In this document: in pieces, positions 19,294 through 28,841 of the stretch
Layout: every line of letters starts with the position of its first letter
How positions within the stretch are numbered: position 1 is the stretch's first letter
Origin: Chloroflexota bacterium
Lineage (GTDB): Bacteria; Chloroflexota; Dehalococcoidia; UBA2979
DNA: 64,000 bases
Assembly: GCA_027593235.1 (NCBI GenBank)
Contig: JAQCIU010000002.1
Location: 1 to 64,000, forward strand
Reading direction: 5' to 3'
Position numbers and translations under genes: made by a program
Notes under the pieces: model-generated
Told to the model about the DNA's origin: nothing
Database searches by the model: none
Seen by the model: the letters and a program-made list of their open reading frames with translations, nothing else

Positions 19294-20784
19294 ATGTCAC
19301 TGAACCTCGGGACGATTCTTCAGGCCTCGGCGGCGGAGCGGCCGGATCACCCGGCGCTGATCATCGGCGACCAGTCGTTCACCTACGCCCAGCTCGATCG
19401 GGCCGCCCGAGGGGTGGCGACGGCGCTGCTGGCGCGCGGCCTCCAGCCCGGCGACCACATCTCGATCATGATTCCGAACGTGCCGCAGTTCCCGGTGGCC
19501 TACTACGGCGCGCTCTACGCCGGCCTCGCCGTCGTGCCGCTCAACGTGCTCCTCACCGCCGAGGAGGTCGCCTACCACATCGAGGATTCCGAATCGAAGC
19601 TGCTGATCGGGCACACGCTCTTCCAGGACCCGGCGGTCGGTGGCGGCCGTGCCGCCGACGTCGACGTGATCTGGGCCGACGGCGACGACGGCAAGGCGCT
19701 GATGGATCTCGCGGCCAGCGAGCCGATTGACGAGGTCTATCCGACGCCCGCCGACTCCACGGCGGTGATCCTTTACACCTCGGGCACCACGGGGCGGCCC
19801 AAGGGCGCCGAGCTCAGCCACTCCAACCTCTTCATGAACTGCTCGATGGTTGTGCCGCGGCTATTCCCGCTGAACCACGAGGACGTTGCGCTTGCGACGC
19901 TGCCGCTGTTCCACAGCTTCGGCCAGAGCGTCGTCCTCAACGCGACGATCGCGGCCGGCGGCACCGTCGTGCTGTTGCCGCGCTTCACCCCGCAGGATGT
20001 CTTCGAGCTGATCCAGAAGCACAAGATCACCATGTTCGCCGGCGTGCCGACGATGTACTTCGGCCTTCTGCACCACCCCGAGGGCGACAAGTACGACGCC
20101 TCCAGCCTCAAGTACGCCCTCACCGGCGGCGCCGCGATGCCCGTCGAGGTGATGAACGCCTTCGAGGCCCGCTTCCCGGTCAAGATCCTCGAGGGCTACG
20201 GGCTCTCGGAGACCTCCCCGGTCGCCAGCTTCAACATGCTCGACCGGCCTCGGAAGGTCGGCTCGATCGGCTACCCGGTCTGGGGTGTAGAGATGGCGAT
20301 CCTCGACGAGAACGACCAGCCCGTCGCGGACGGCGAGCGCGGCGAGATCTGCATCCGCGGCCACAACATCATGACCGGCTACTTCAAGCGCGCCGAAGCG
20401 AACGCCGAGACGATGAAGAACGGTTGGTTCCACTCCGGCGACATCGGCATCAAGGACCCGGACGGCTCCTACAGCATCGTCGACCGCGTGAAGGACATGA
20501 TTATCCGCGGCGGCTACAACGTGTACCCGCGCGAGGTCGAAGAGGTCCTCTACGCCCACCCCGCCATCGTCGAGGCCGCCGTCATCGGCATCCCCCACGA
20601 GGAGTACGGCGAAGAGGTGAAAGCGGTCATCGTCCTCGGCGCCGGCCACACCCTCGAAGCCGCCGAGGTGATCGCCTACACGAAGGAGCACCTCGCGGCG
20701 TACAAGTATCCGCGCCAGGTCGAGTTCCTCGACACGCTACCGAAGGGCCCGACGGGCAAGATCCTCAAGCGCGAGTTGCGCTAG
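19294..20784 (+). CDS. Long-chain fatty-acid--CoA ligase
   Basis: YTSGTTGRPKG, EGYGLSETS, FHSGD, DRVKDMIIRGG and LPKGPTGKILK. Confidence 0.92.
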   Translation: MSLNLGTILQASAAERPDHPALIIGDQSFTYAQLDRAARGVATALLARGLQPGDHISIMIPNVPQFPVAYYGALYAGLAVVPLNVLLTAEEVAYHIEDSESKLLIGHTLFQDPAVGGGRAADVDVIWADGDDGKALMDLAASEPIDEVYPTPADSTAVILYTSGTTGRPKGAELSHSNLFMNCSMVVPRLFPLNHEDVALATLPLFHSFGQSVVLNATIAAGGTVVLLPRFTPQDVFELIQKHKITMFAGVPTMYFGLLHHPEGDKYDASSLKYALTGGAAMPVEVMNAFEARFPVKILEGYGLSETSPVASFNMLDRPRKVGSIGYPVWGVEMAILDENDQPVADGERGEICIRGHNIMTGYFKRAEANAETMKNGWFHSGDIGIKDPDGSYSIVDRVKDMIIRGGYNVYPREVEEVLYAHPAIVEAAVIGIPHEEYGEEVKAVIVLGAGHTLEAAEVIAYTKEHLAAYKYPRQVEFLDTLPKGPTGKILKRELR

Positions 20785-20797
20785 GCGAACCGCCGCG

Positions 20798-21154
20798 TCA
20801 GGCGGCCAGCAGCGCCTCGATGGCGGCCGTAACGCGCTCACGCGTGTAAGGCTTCGCGACGAAGTCGACGGCTCCCGCTGAGATCGCGGCGATGATCGAT
20901 GGCTCGTCGCGCTCGCCGGTGAGCATGGCGACGCGCGCGTGCGGGTCGATTGCCCTGATGAGTTCGAGCGCTTCCATGCCGCTCATGATCGGCATGTTGA
21001 TATCGAGCAGCACCGCGTCCGGCTTCTCGGTTTTGAAGTACCAGACAGCGTCGATGCCATCCGAGCCGATGAGCAATTCGTGGTCGGTGCTGAGATGCTC
21101 GACGAGGAATCGTCGCAACGCGGGTGAATCGTCAACGATCAGGATCTTGGCCAT
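20798..21154 (-). CDS. Single-domain CheY-like response regulator
   Basis: KILIVDD, LLDINMPIMSG, MLT and FVAKPY. No cognate kinase nearby. Confidence 0.88.
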   Translation of the reverse strand: MAKILIVDDSPALRRFLVEHLSTDHELLIGSDGIDAVWYFKTEKPDAVLLDINMPIMSGMEALELIRAIDPHARVAMLTGERDEPSIIAAISAGAVDFVAKPYTRERVTAAIEALLAA

Positions 21155-21508
21155 CGGTGCTCTCGATCTTTGCGACTGCTCGATCATCGACCTGCCCATG
21201 GTTCGGCGCAGGACCCGATCGCTCGCCTGACGCACTGCACGCTCGTTATCTCGCACCACGCCGCCAAGATCGCGCCAACCTCCTCCAGCGACTCGAGCCC
21301 TCGAGGTCAGCGCAGCGCACGTAGCTGCTTGGTTCACCGCCGCTTTCGCGGTGGGCGAAGCTGCCGAGGGTCTGGGCGCCCGGTGTCGATAGTGAACGCC
21401 AGGCCGACGCCATGAATCTGTACGCAACTTCACCCAGATGCCGTATGAGCTGGCTGCGTCGGCCATGGTGGCGGCAGGGTGCAGTGTCGGCCCCGTATTA
21501 TCAACGTG

Positions 21509-22378
21509 ATGCTTGATGTGAAGGTCGTGCCGCACCAGATCCGCCCCGGCGTTGGGCTGATGCCAGCCTCCGAGGGCCGCCGTACCTGGCTGCCTCAGCA
21601 GTCGCGTTTCTGTCCGGTGCTGGAGGACGGTAACCGGATGGGCTTCCTCGTCTACCCGCCGCTCGAGGAGGACGAGACCTACCAGGTCCGCTACGAGGAC
21701 GACGGCAGCTTCCGCTTCACGTTCTACAAGCAGAAGCAGATCGTCCTCACCCTGCTCCGCAAGCTGTCCGCCGGCAGCGGTGAGGGCGCGACGACGGAGC
21801 TGGTCTTCTTCGATGAGGACGCGGGCCTCGATCGCCGTGCGGTGATGTCGGTGTTCGAGGCGATGGTGATGAACCTCGGCGCGCCGATTGGTGGCGTTGG
21901 CGTGCGCGGGGCGTACGACTTCGTCACGCCACCCGGCTGGGACACCGTCTACACCGGCTTGCTCAACAACCTTGCGCGGCCGCAGGTGCCGGTGCTGACG
22001 GTGCAGGTGCAGACCGACTGGTTCCGCCACCCCACCGAATTCCGCCACGTGCTCCGACCCGGCGAGGGCGTGTCCGCCAGCGGCTTCGCCCCCGTCGGCC
22101 AGGTCTTCTTCGTCCCACGCAGCGAGGTCGGTGTCACATTGGCCTCGGACGAGGAGCAGGCGGTGTTCAACCGCGAGTTCGAGGAGTACTGGCGCCGCAA
22201 GCCGGACCACACCGAGCACACGCGCTACGGCGGTACCTACGACTACCAGTACCGCGCGGAGTCGCGCCCACACCTCGATGTCACGCCCGAGGTGGACCTG
22301 TCGGCTTCGGAAGCTGCGGGCGCCGCGGAGGGCGCGGAGCGCGACCCGGGCGCGGCGGGAGCGGACCCCGCGGACTGA
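21509..22378 (+). CDS. Hypothetical protein, DUF6065-like
   Basis: RTWL...RFCPVLEDGNRMGFLVYPP, TPPGW...NN and VQTDW resemble the DUF6065 pattern from memory. Strongly coding-like GC3. Confidence 0.6.
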   Translation: MLDVKVVPHQIRPGVGLMPASEGRRTWLPQQSRFCPVLEDGNRMGFLVYPPLEEDETYQVRYEDDGSFRFTFYKQKQIVLTLLRKLSAGSGEGATTELVFFDEDAGLDRRAVMSVFEAMVMNLGAPIGGVGVRGAYDFVTPPGWDTVYTGLLNNLARPQVPVLTVQVQTDWFRHPTEFRHVLRPGEGVSASGFAPVGQVFFVPRSEVGVTLASDEEQAVFNREFEEYWRRKPDHTEHTRYGGTYDYQYRAESRPHLDVTPEVDLSASEAAGAAEGAERDPGAAGADPAD

Positions 22379-22486
22379 GCCGGTTTCGCGGCGCAGCGGC
22401 CCATCGAGGGCCGTTCGATAGACTTGAAGTCACGGCGCGGGCCCCGACATCTCTACTTTTCCCCCGCCGTCGAGGATGGAGCACCA

Positions 22487-23707
22487 GTGAAACTCGGCAT
22501 CCTCTCCCGGTCCCCGGGCGCCTACAGCACGGCGCGTCTGAAGGCGGCCGCGATTGATCGTGGACACGAGGTCCGCGTCCTAAACACACTTCGTTTCGCG
22601 ATTGATCTCTCCGGCGACCAGCCCGATCTGCAGTACCGCGGCAAGATGCTGTCGGACTACGACGCGATCCTGCCGAGGATCGGCGCCTCGATCACCTTCT
22701 TCGGAACGGCGGTCGTCCGGCAGTTCGAACAGATGGACGTCTACACGCCAATTACGGCGAACGGCATCGCCAACTCACGCGACAAGCTGCGCTCGATCCA
22801 GATCCTCTCCCGTCACGACATCGGCATCCCGGCGACCACGTTCGTCCGTGACCGGAACGACGTGCTCGCCGCCATCGAGCGTGTCGGCGGCGCACCGGTC
22901 GTGATCAAACTGCTGGAGGGCACGCAGGGCATCGGCGTGATCCTCGCCCCCGATACCGGTGTCGCGGGCGCGGTCATCGAAACGCTCCAGTCGACCCGCC
23001 AGAACGTGCTGATTCAGCGCTTCATCAAGGAGAGCAAGGGCAAGGACGTCCGTGCGCTGGTCGTCGGCGATCGCGTTGTCGCCGCGATGCGGCGCCGCGC
23101 GCAGGGCGACGAGTTCCGCTCCAACGTCCACCGCGGTGGCACTACCGAGGCCGTCGAGTTGTCCGAGGAGTACCGGGAGGTCGCCGTCCGCGCCGCCCAG
23201 ATCATGGGCCTCCGCGTCGCCGGTGTGGACATGCTCGAGAGCGACCACGGTCCGCTCGTGATGGAGGTCAACTCCTCGCCGGGCCTCGAGGGGATCGAGG
23301 GCGCGACCGGCCTCGATATCGCCGGCGCGATCATCGACTACATCGCCAGCCAGGTCTCGTTCCCGGAACTGGACGTTCGTCAGCGCCTCAGCGTCAGCAC
23401 CGGCTACGGGGTCGCCGAGCTGGTGGTGCGCGAGGGCTCGGACCTTGTTGGGAAGCAGATCCGCGAGTCCGGTCTGCGTGAGCGCGACATCGTCGTGCTG
23501 ACGCTGCATCGCGGCACCTCGATCATCCCGAACCCGCGCGTCGAGCGCGTGCTGGAGGACAACGACAGCCTGCTCTGCTTCGGCAAGTTGGAGGCGATGC
23601 GCGATCTGGTACCGGCCCGCCGCCGTCGCCGCGCGTCCCCGAAGATCCAGCCCCTGCCGGAGACGCCGCTGCCGGATACAGAGCTGCCCGGCTCCTCGGA
23701 CGCCTAG
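22487..23707 (+). CDS. rimK: RimK-family alpha-L-glutamate ligase with C-terminal TrkA_C (RCK_C) domain
   Basis: YSTARL, PRIGASIT, SRDKLRS, EGTQGIGV, FRSNVHRGG and EVNSSPGLEGIE, followed by SDLVGKQIRESGLRERDIVVLTLHRG...PNP. Confidence 0.9.
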   Translation: MKLGILSRSPGAYSTARLKAAAIDRGHEVRVLNTLRFAIDLSGDQPDLQYRGKMLSDYDAILPRIGASITFFGTAVVRQFEQMDVYTPITANGIANSRDKLRSIQILSRHDIGIPATTFVRDRNDVLAAIERVGGAPVVIKLLEGTQGIGVILAPDTGVAGAVIETLQSTRQNVLIQRFIKESKGKDVRALVVGDRVVAAMRRRAQGDEFRSNVHRGGTTEAVELSEEYREVAVRAAQIMGLRVAGVDMLESDHGPLVMEVNSSPGLEGIEGATGLDIAGAIIDYIASQVSFPELDVRQRLSVSTGYGVAELVVREGSDLVGKQIRESGLRERDIVVLTLHRGTSIIPNPRVERVLEDNDSLLCFGKLEAMRDLVPARRRRRASPKIQPLPETPLPDTELPGSSDA

Positions 23708-23805
23708 CCGTTCCCGCGGGTGCTCGCTCCCGCCAGCGGCACCCGCGGGGCAGGCGCCCCGCGGAACCGCTCCCGCGCCGCGCCGCCCGCGCATGAGAGG
23801 CCAGC

Positions 23806-24693
23806 ATGGACCTGGAACGGATCTGGGATGACCTCGGGGGTGCGTTGGACACGCACCTCTTCACGCTCGGCAACACGTCCGTTTCCGTGGCGTCGGTCGG
23901 CGTCTTCGTGGCGACGCTGGTCGTCTTCGTGCTGGCGGCCACCCAGTCGCGGCGCGTCACCGCACGCTGGCTCGACCGACGCAATCTCATCGATCCGGGG
24001 CTGCGCTACGCCCTCGCGCGTGCCGTCCAGTACGTCATCGTCTCGCTCGGTGCGGTCATTGCCTTCCAGTTCATCGGCGTCGATTTCACGCGGCTCGGCC
24101 TGCTCCTCGGCTTCCTCTCCGTTGGCATCGGGTTCGGGCTACAGAACGTCACCTCGAACTTCATCTCCGGACTGATCCTGCTGATCGAGCGCCCCGTCAC
24201 CGTCGGCGATCGCGTCACCGTCGGTGAGACCGAGGGCGATATCGTCGCGATCAACATGCGCTCCACGGTCGTCCGCTCGCTCCAGAACGTCAGCATCATC
24301 GTCCCGAACTCAGCGCTCGTGACCGCCAACGTCGTGAACTGGTCGCACAGCGACCCGCGCATCCGGCTGCCCATCCCCGTCGGCGTCGCCTACGGCTCCG
24401 ATATCGACGTGGTACTGGCGGCGCTCGCCGAGGTGGGACACGAGCACCCGCGCGTGTTGAACGACCCGCCGCCGCACGTGCGGCTCAATGGCTTCGGAGA
24501 TTCCGCCTGGGAGATGGAGCTGCTGGTCTGGTTGAACGAGCCAAACGAGTACCGCGATATCCGCTCCGCGCTCAACATCGCGATCGTCCGCAAGTTCCGC
24601 GAGCGAGGAATCGAGATCCCGTTCCCGCAGCGCGATCTCCATCTCCGCTCGCCGCTGCCCCTCCCGCTCCAGCAGGAACCGATCCCCGACTGA
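23806..24693 (+). CDS. mscS: Small-conductance mechanosensitive channel
   Basis: VGIGFGLQN, NFISG, GDRV, IVPNS, GVAYGSD and GIEIPFPQRDL. Confidence 0.92.
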   Translation: MDLERIWDDLGGALDTHLFTLGNTSVSVASVGVFVATLVVFVLAATQSRRVTARWLDRRNLIDPGLRYALARAVQYVIVSLGAVIAFQFIGVDFTRLGLLLGFLSVGIGFGLQNVTSNFISGLILLIERPVTVGDRVTVGETEGDIVAINMRSTVVRSLQNVSIIVPNSALVTANVVNWSHSDPRIRLPIPVGVAYGSDIDVVLAALAEVGHEHPRVLNDPPPHVRLNGFGDSAWEMELLVWLNEPNEYRDIRSALNIAIVRKFRERGIEIPFPQRDLHLRSPLPLPLQQEPIPD

Positions 24694-24897
24694 CCCTGCT
24701 GTCGGGCACCCCGCGAGCGCCCGGCGGTGCCCCTTGGCGGACTCGCAGTTCGGGAAAACCCTCACAGGGTTCTGCGTAATCGCGCGCTACGCTCAATGAG
24801 GTCGCACAACAACTGAAATATACGGTCGTTGTGGATAACATCCGGGGAGAGCAGGCACTGGCATGTCTCCCCGACAGCATGAGGAGCTTGACCATGG

Positions 24898-26288
24898 GGT
24901 CAAGTCCCGGGACGTGGTGTAACAGCGGTCATCCGCGCGCCTGTGTGATCAGCTGGCAATGAGCATGGCGGTGCTGACCCCCTCTCGACTGACAGGGGCG
25001 TCGATCTGGAGCATCGACTCCGGACTGAAGTAGCGCCGGCCGTCCTGCCATTCGTCGTCCTGCTCGAAGAGCACCATGCCGACGAGACGGATCAGGCTCG
25101 CGCGGTTCGGGAAGATACCGACGACGGCGGTGCGGCGCTTGATCTCCTTGTTCAGTCGTTCGAGCGGGTTCGTGCTGCGGATCTGTCGGCGGTGGGCTTC
25201 GGGGAACGTGAAGTGGACGAGCAGGTCGGGCTCGGCGTCGGTGAGCAGCTCGGCGACCGCGGGGAAGCGGGCGCACAGCCCATCGGCGACGCGACGCAGT
25301 TGGGCTGAAGCCGAGGCCTCGTCGAGCTGTTCGAAGATGCTTCGGATCGCGCTCGCGACCATCCCGGCGGCACCACGTGGCACCAGACCCTGGGCGTTAC
25401 GCGTGAAGTGAACACGACAACGTTGCCAGGCCGCACCGAGCAGCGTCTCGTCGATGGCGACGACGAGACCGCGGTGCGCGTCGCTGACGACGAGCCTGAC
25501 TCCTGCCAGCCCGCGCTCGACGAGTGCGCGCAGGAAGGGCGCCCAGGCATTGCCCTCGTCGTTGCCTGCGGCGAGCTCCAGTCCGAGGATTCGTCGCTCG
25601 CCGGTGGACGCCACCCCGATCGCGACCAGCACTGCCATGCTCACGACCCGGCCGGCCTCGCGCACTTTCACATAGGTCGCGTCGAGCCAGAGATACGGAT
25701 AGCACTCACCGCTCAGCGAGCGGGTGCGGAACGCAGCGACCTCGCTGTCGAGTGCGGCACAGACCCGGCTGACTTCGCTCTTGCTCATCGACGCGATCCC
25801 GAGTGCTTCGACGAGGTCCTCTACCCGGCGCGTACTGACGCCCGCGACGTAGGCCTCCTGCACGACAGAGAGCAGCGCCCGCTCGGCGCGCCGCCTCGGT
25901 TCCAGCAAGCTCGGGAAGTAGCTCCCGTCTCGCACCTTCGGGATCGCCAGCTCGATCGTCCCGACCCGCGTGTCCCAGCGGCGCTCGCGGTATCCGTTGC
26001 GGTTCGTGAGCCGACGCTCCGGCGCGCGCTCACCTTTCGGCACCCCGGTCAGCGCCGTGACCTCGACCTCCATCAGCGCTTCAGCGAGCACCCGCACGCC
26101 CTCGCGCAGCACATCGACGTCCCCATCGAGCATCGCCTTGCCCAGCATCTCGAGTACAGCCATCTTGTCCTCGGTCATCGCGTTCTCCTTTGTGTCGTCG
26201 GTTTCCACTCCAACGACGCGAGGATGACGCGATGGCCGCCTACTGGCTCACCCGCTTCCGCTGTTACACCACGCTATGGGGCACAACC
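24898..26288 (-). mobile_element. IS256-family insertion sequence (1391 bp) with 8-bp TSD
   Basis: 31-bp imperfect TIRs GGTCAAGTCCCGGGACGTGGTGTAACAGCGG and (reverse complement) GGTTGTGCCCCATAGCGTGGTGTAACAGCGG, flanked by GACCATGG at 24890-24897 and 26289-26296. Confidence 0.96.
24949..26178 (-). CDS. IS256 family DDE transposase
   Basis: RNGYRER, GVSTRRV, YLWLDA, VVSDAHRGL, WQRCRVHF and STNPLERLNKEIKRRT. AGGAG RBS before MTEDK. Confidence 0.96.
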   Translation of the reverse strand: MTEDKMAVLEMLGKAMLDGDVDVLREGVRVLAEALMEVEVTALTGVPKGERAPERRLTNRNGYRERRWDTRVGTIELAIPKVRDGSYFPSLLEPRRRAERALLSVVQEAYVAGVSTRRVEDLVEALGIASMSKSEVSRVCAALDSEVAAFRTRSLSGECYPYLWLDATYVKVREAGRVVSMAVLVAIGVASTGERRILGLELAAGNDEGNAWAPFLRALVERGLAGVRLVVSDAHRGLVVAIDETLLGAAWQRCRVHFTRNAQGLVPRGAAGMVASAIRSIFEQLDEASASAQLRRVADGLCARFPAVAELLTDAEPDLLVHFTFPEAHRRQIRSTNPLERLNKEIKRRTAVVGIFPNRASLIRLVGMVLFEQDDEWQDGRRYFSPESMLQIDAPVSREGVSTAMLIAS

Positions 26289-26292
26289 GACC

Positions 26293-26961
26293 ATGGACGA
26301 ACGAGAAATCGGAAAGCGCATTCGAGACGACCTCGTCGGTAGGTTGCGAGGCACCGGTGAAATCGGCGAAGCCGCGGTCGGAACGCTTTCGAGCTTGATT
26401 CAGCGCACCATCGGCGAGGCGGGTGCCAGCGGCGCTGCAGCCGCCAACCTTGCCGTCGGATCCGTCCGTGGTGCGATTAGCGCCGCCGGCAGTGTCGTCG
26501 GCCTGACCGCCACCACCACCTCCGACAGCCTGACCGCCGTCGTTGACTCCGCCGCCAAGGTCGCCGGCTCCGTCGGCAACGCCGCCAAGGGCGCCGTCGT
26601 CGGTGCGGTCCGCGGTTCCTCCGAGGCGGGCGTCGAAACCCTCGAGGCGATCTCCCGCACCAGCCGCAGCGCCGTGACTGAAACCTCCGCCATTGGCGCG
26701 GACATCACCGCCGCCGCCGTCGGCGCCGTGGAAGGGGCGATCGAGATCGCGAAGGGCACCGCCGTCAGCGCCGAGGATGCGGCCTCCGCCGCCGCCACCG
26801 GCGCCATCGAGGCCGCCGCGAAGATCAGCGACGAAGCAGCCTACCGCGTGCGCAGGGCGGTCGAAGGCACGATCAGCGGCGTGAAGGTCGTGGCAAAGAC
26901 CACGCTTGGAAAGACCGAGCCGGATCGCCCGAGCCCGGCCGATCCCTCGAACCTCTCGTAG
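26293..26961 (+). CDS. Ala/Gly-rich protein built of 22-aa amphipathic repeats
   Basis: ATG lies inside the right TSD. Seven consecutive 22-aa units, for example GADITAAAVGAVEGAIEIAKGT. Confidence 0.8.
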   Translation: MDEREIGKRIRDDLVGRLRGTGEIGEAAVGTLSSLIQRTIGEAGASGAAAANLAVGSVRGAISAAGSVVGLTATTTSDSLTAVVDSAAKVAGSVGNAAKGAVVGAVRGSSEAGVETLEAISRTSRSAVTETSAIGADITAAAVGAVEGAIEIAKGTAVSAEDAASAAATGAIEAAAKISDEAAYRVRRAVEGTISGVKVVAKTTLGKTEPDRPSPADPSNLS

Positions 26962-27003
26962 CCCTCGGCTGCCGGCTCACCGCCGGCTGCCCTGCACGAC
27001 AAC

Positions 27004-27031
27004 AGACCGGGCCGCTTTCGCGGCCCGGTCT
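27004..27031. terminator. Hairpin between convergent genes
   Basis: 12-bp perfect stem AGACCGGGCCGC/GCGGCCCGGTCT with TTTC loop. Confidence 0.65.
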
Positions 27032-27059
27032 TGATCTCGGGGTCGCGCCGGGCGGTGCG

Positions 27060-27959
27060 TTAGAAGTGGTACGGAAACCGCGTGTAGTCGAACGGACGCT
27101 TCTCGAGGAACGCGTCGCGCCCCTCCTGCGCCTCGTCCGAGGCGTATCCGAGCCGCGTCGCCTCGCCCGCGAAGATCTGTTGGCCGATCAGGCCGTCGTC
27201 GATCATGTTGAACGCGAACTTCAGCATCCGCTGCGCCGTCGGGCTCTTTGAGTTGATCGTCAGCGCCCACTCCAGCGCCGTCGACTCCAGCTCCGCGTGT
27301 GGCACCGACTTGTTGATCGCGCCCCAGCGTTCGGCCTCGTCGGCCGAGTAGTCGGCTCCGAGGAAGAAGATCTCGCGCGCCTTCTTCTGGCCGACCTGGC
27401 GCGCGAGATAGGCGCTACCGAAGCCGGCGTCGAAGCTCGCGACGTCCGCGTCCGTTTGCTTGAACACCGCGTGCTCTTTCGAGGCCAGCGTCAGGTCGCA
27501 GACCACGTGCAGGCTGTGTCCACCGCCCGCGGCCCATCCGGGGACCACCGCGATTACCACCTTCGGCATGAAGCGGATCAGCCGCTGTACCTCCAGGATG
27601 TGCAGGCGGCCGACCTTGGCCGGATCGATCGCGTCCGCGGTCTCGCCCTCGGCGTACTTGTAGCCGTCCTTGCCTCGGATGCGCTGGTCGCCGCCGGAGC
27701 AGAACGCCCAGCCGCCGTCCTTCGGCGAGGGACCATTGCCGGTGAGCAGGATCGCGCCGACCTGCGTCGACTGCCGCGCATGCTCCAGCGCGGTGTACAG
27801 CTCGTCGACGGTGTGCGGGCGAAAGGCGTTGCGCACCTCGGGGCGGTTGAACGCGATCCGCACCGTGCCCTGATCGACGGCGTGGTGATAGGTGATGTCG
27901 GTGAAGTTGAAGCCGGCGACTTCGCGCCAGCGTGCGGGGTCGAAGATCTCGGAGACCAT
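27060..27959 (-). CDS. menB: 1,4-dihydroxy-2-naphthoyl-CoA synthase
   Basis: NRPEVRNAFRP, AFCSGGDQ, GGGHSLHVVCDLT and VASFDAGFGS. GGAGG RBS. Confidence 0.95.
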   Translation of the reverse strand: MVSEIFDPARWREVAGFNFTDITYHHAVDQGTVRIAFNRPEVRNAFRPHTVDELYTALEHARQSTQVGAILLTGNGPSPKDGGWAFCSGGDQRIRGKDGYKYAEGETADAIDPAKVGRLHILEVQRLIRFMPKVVIAVVPGWAAGGGHSLHVVCDLTLASKEHAVFKQTDADVASFDAGFGSAYLARQVGQKKAREIFFLGADYSADEAERWGAINKSVPHAELESTALEWALTINSKSPTAQRMLKFAFNMIDDGLIGQQIFAGEATRLGYASDEAQEGRDAFLEKRPFDYTRFPYHF

Positions 27960-28156
27960 GGGCGCCCTCCAGGGCGGGTGAACCGGGCTGTCTGTCATGG
28001 GGACTCTACCGGTGCGCGTCCCAGCAGGCATGCGAGCGCCGCTCGGCGCGTGCGACTCGGTCGCCACGGGCGCACCTCCGCGAGGCATCTATACTTCGGC
28101 CCCGACCGGAACCTGGCCGGACCCAACCGCGACCCGAACGCACGAGGAGGTGGAGC

Positions 28157-28822
28157 GTGGAGCTGTACGAGGTAATGCGCATGACGTTCTCCGCGCGGGA
28201 ATTCACCGACGATCCCGTCCCGGACGAGCTGCTCTACCGCATCGTCGAGCACGCGCGATTCGCCTCTACGGGCGGCAATCGACAGGGTGCGCACCTGATC
28301 GTCGTCCGCGATCCCGCGACAAAGGCTGCGATCGCCGAGCTGGCGATCGAGCCCGCGAAGCGCTACGTCGCGCAGCGCGGCAATGGCGAGAGCCCGTGGA
28401 ACCCGCTCGCCCCGCCGCAAGTCAGCGCCGAGGTGATCGCGCAGACCGAGAACGTCGGCGCACTCAGCGCCGTCTACGAGCGCGCGCCTGTCGTCCTCGT
28501 CGTCTGTGTCGATCTCGGCGTGATCGCCGCGACCGACCAACACCTCGAGCGCGTCGGCGTGATCAGCGGCGCTTCGATCTACCCGTTCGCGTGGAACATC
28601 CTGCTGGCTGCCCGCAGCGAGGGCTATGGCGGCACGATGACCACGATGCCGATCGCGCAGGAGCCGAAGCTGCAAGCACTGCTCGGACTGCCCGCGCACA
28701 TCGCGGTCGCGGCCGTCATCCCTTTCGGCAAGCCCGTGAAGCAGCTCACGAAGCTCCGCCGTAATCCCGTCGAGGAGTTCACCCACCTCGAGACGTGGAG
28801 CGGCGGACCGCTGACCGCGTAG
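28157..28822 (+). CDS. Nitroreductase family protein
   Basis: SAREFTDDPV, ASTGGNRQ and WNILLAARSEGYGG. GAGGAGG RBS. Confidence 0.85.
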   Translation: MELYEVMRMTFSAREFTDDPVPDELLYRIVEHARFASTGGNRQGAHLIVVRDPATKAAIAELAIEPAKRYVAQRGNGESPWNPLAPPQVSAEVIAQTENVGALSAVYERAPVVLVVCVDLGVIAATDQHLERVGVISGASIYPFAWNILLAARSEGYGGTMTTMPIAQEPKLQALLGLPAHIAVAAVIPFGKPVKQLTKLRRNPVEEFTHLETWSGGPLTA

Positions 28823-28841
28823 CGCCGTCGAGGAGAGCGCG

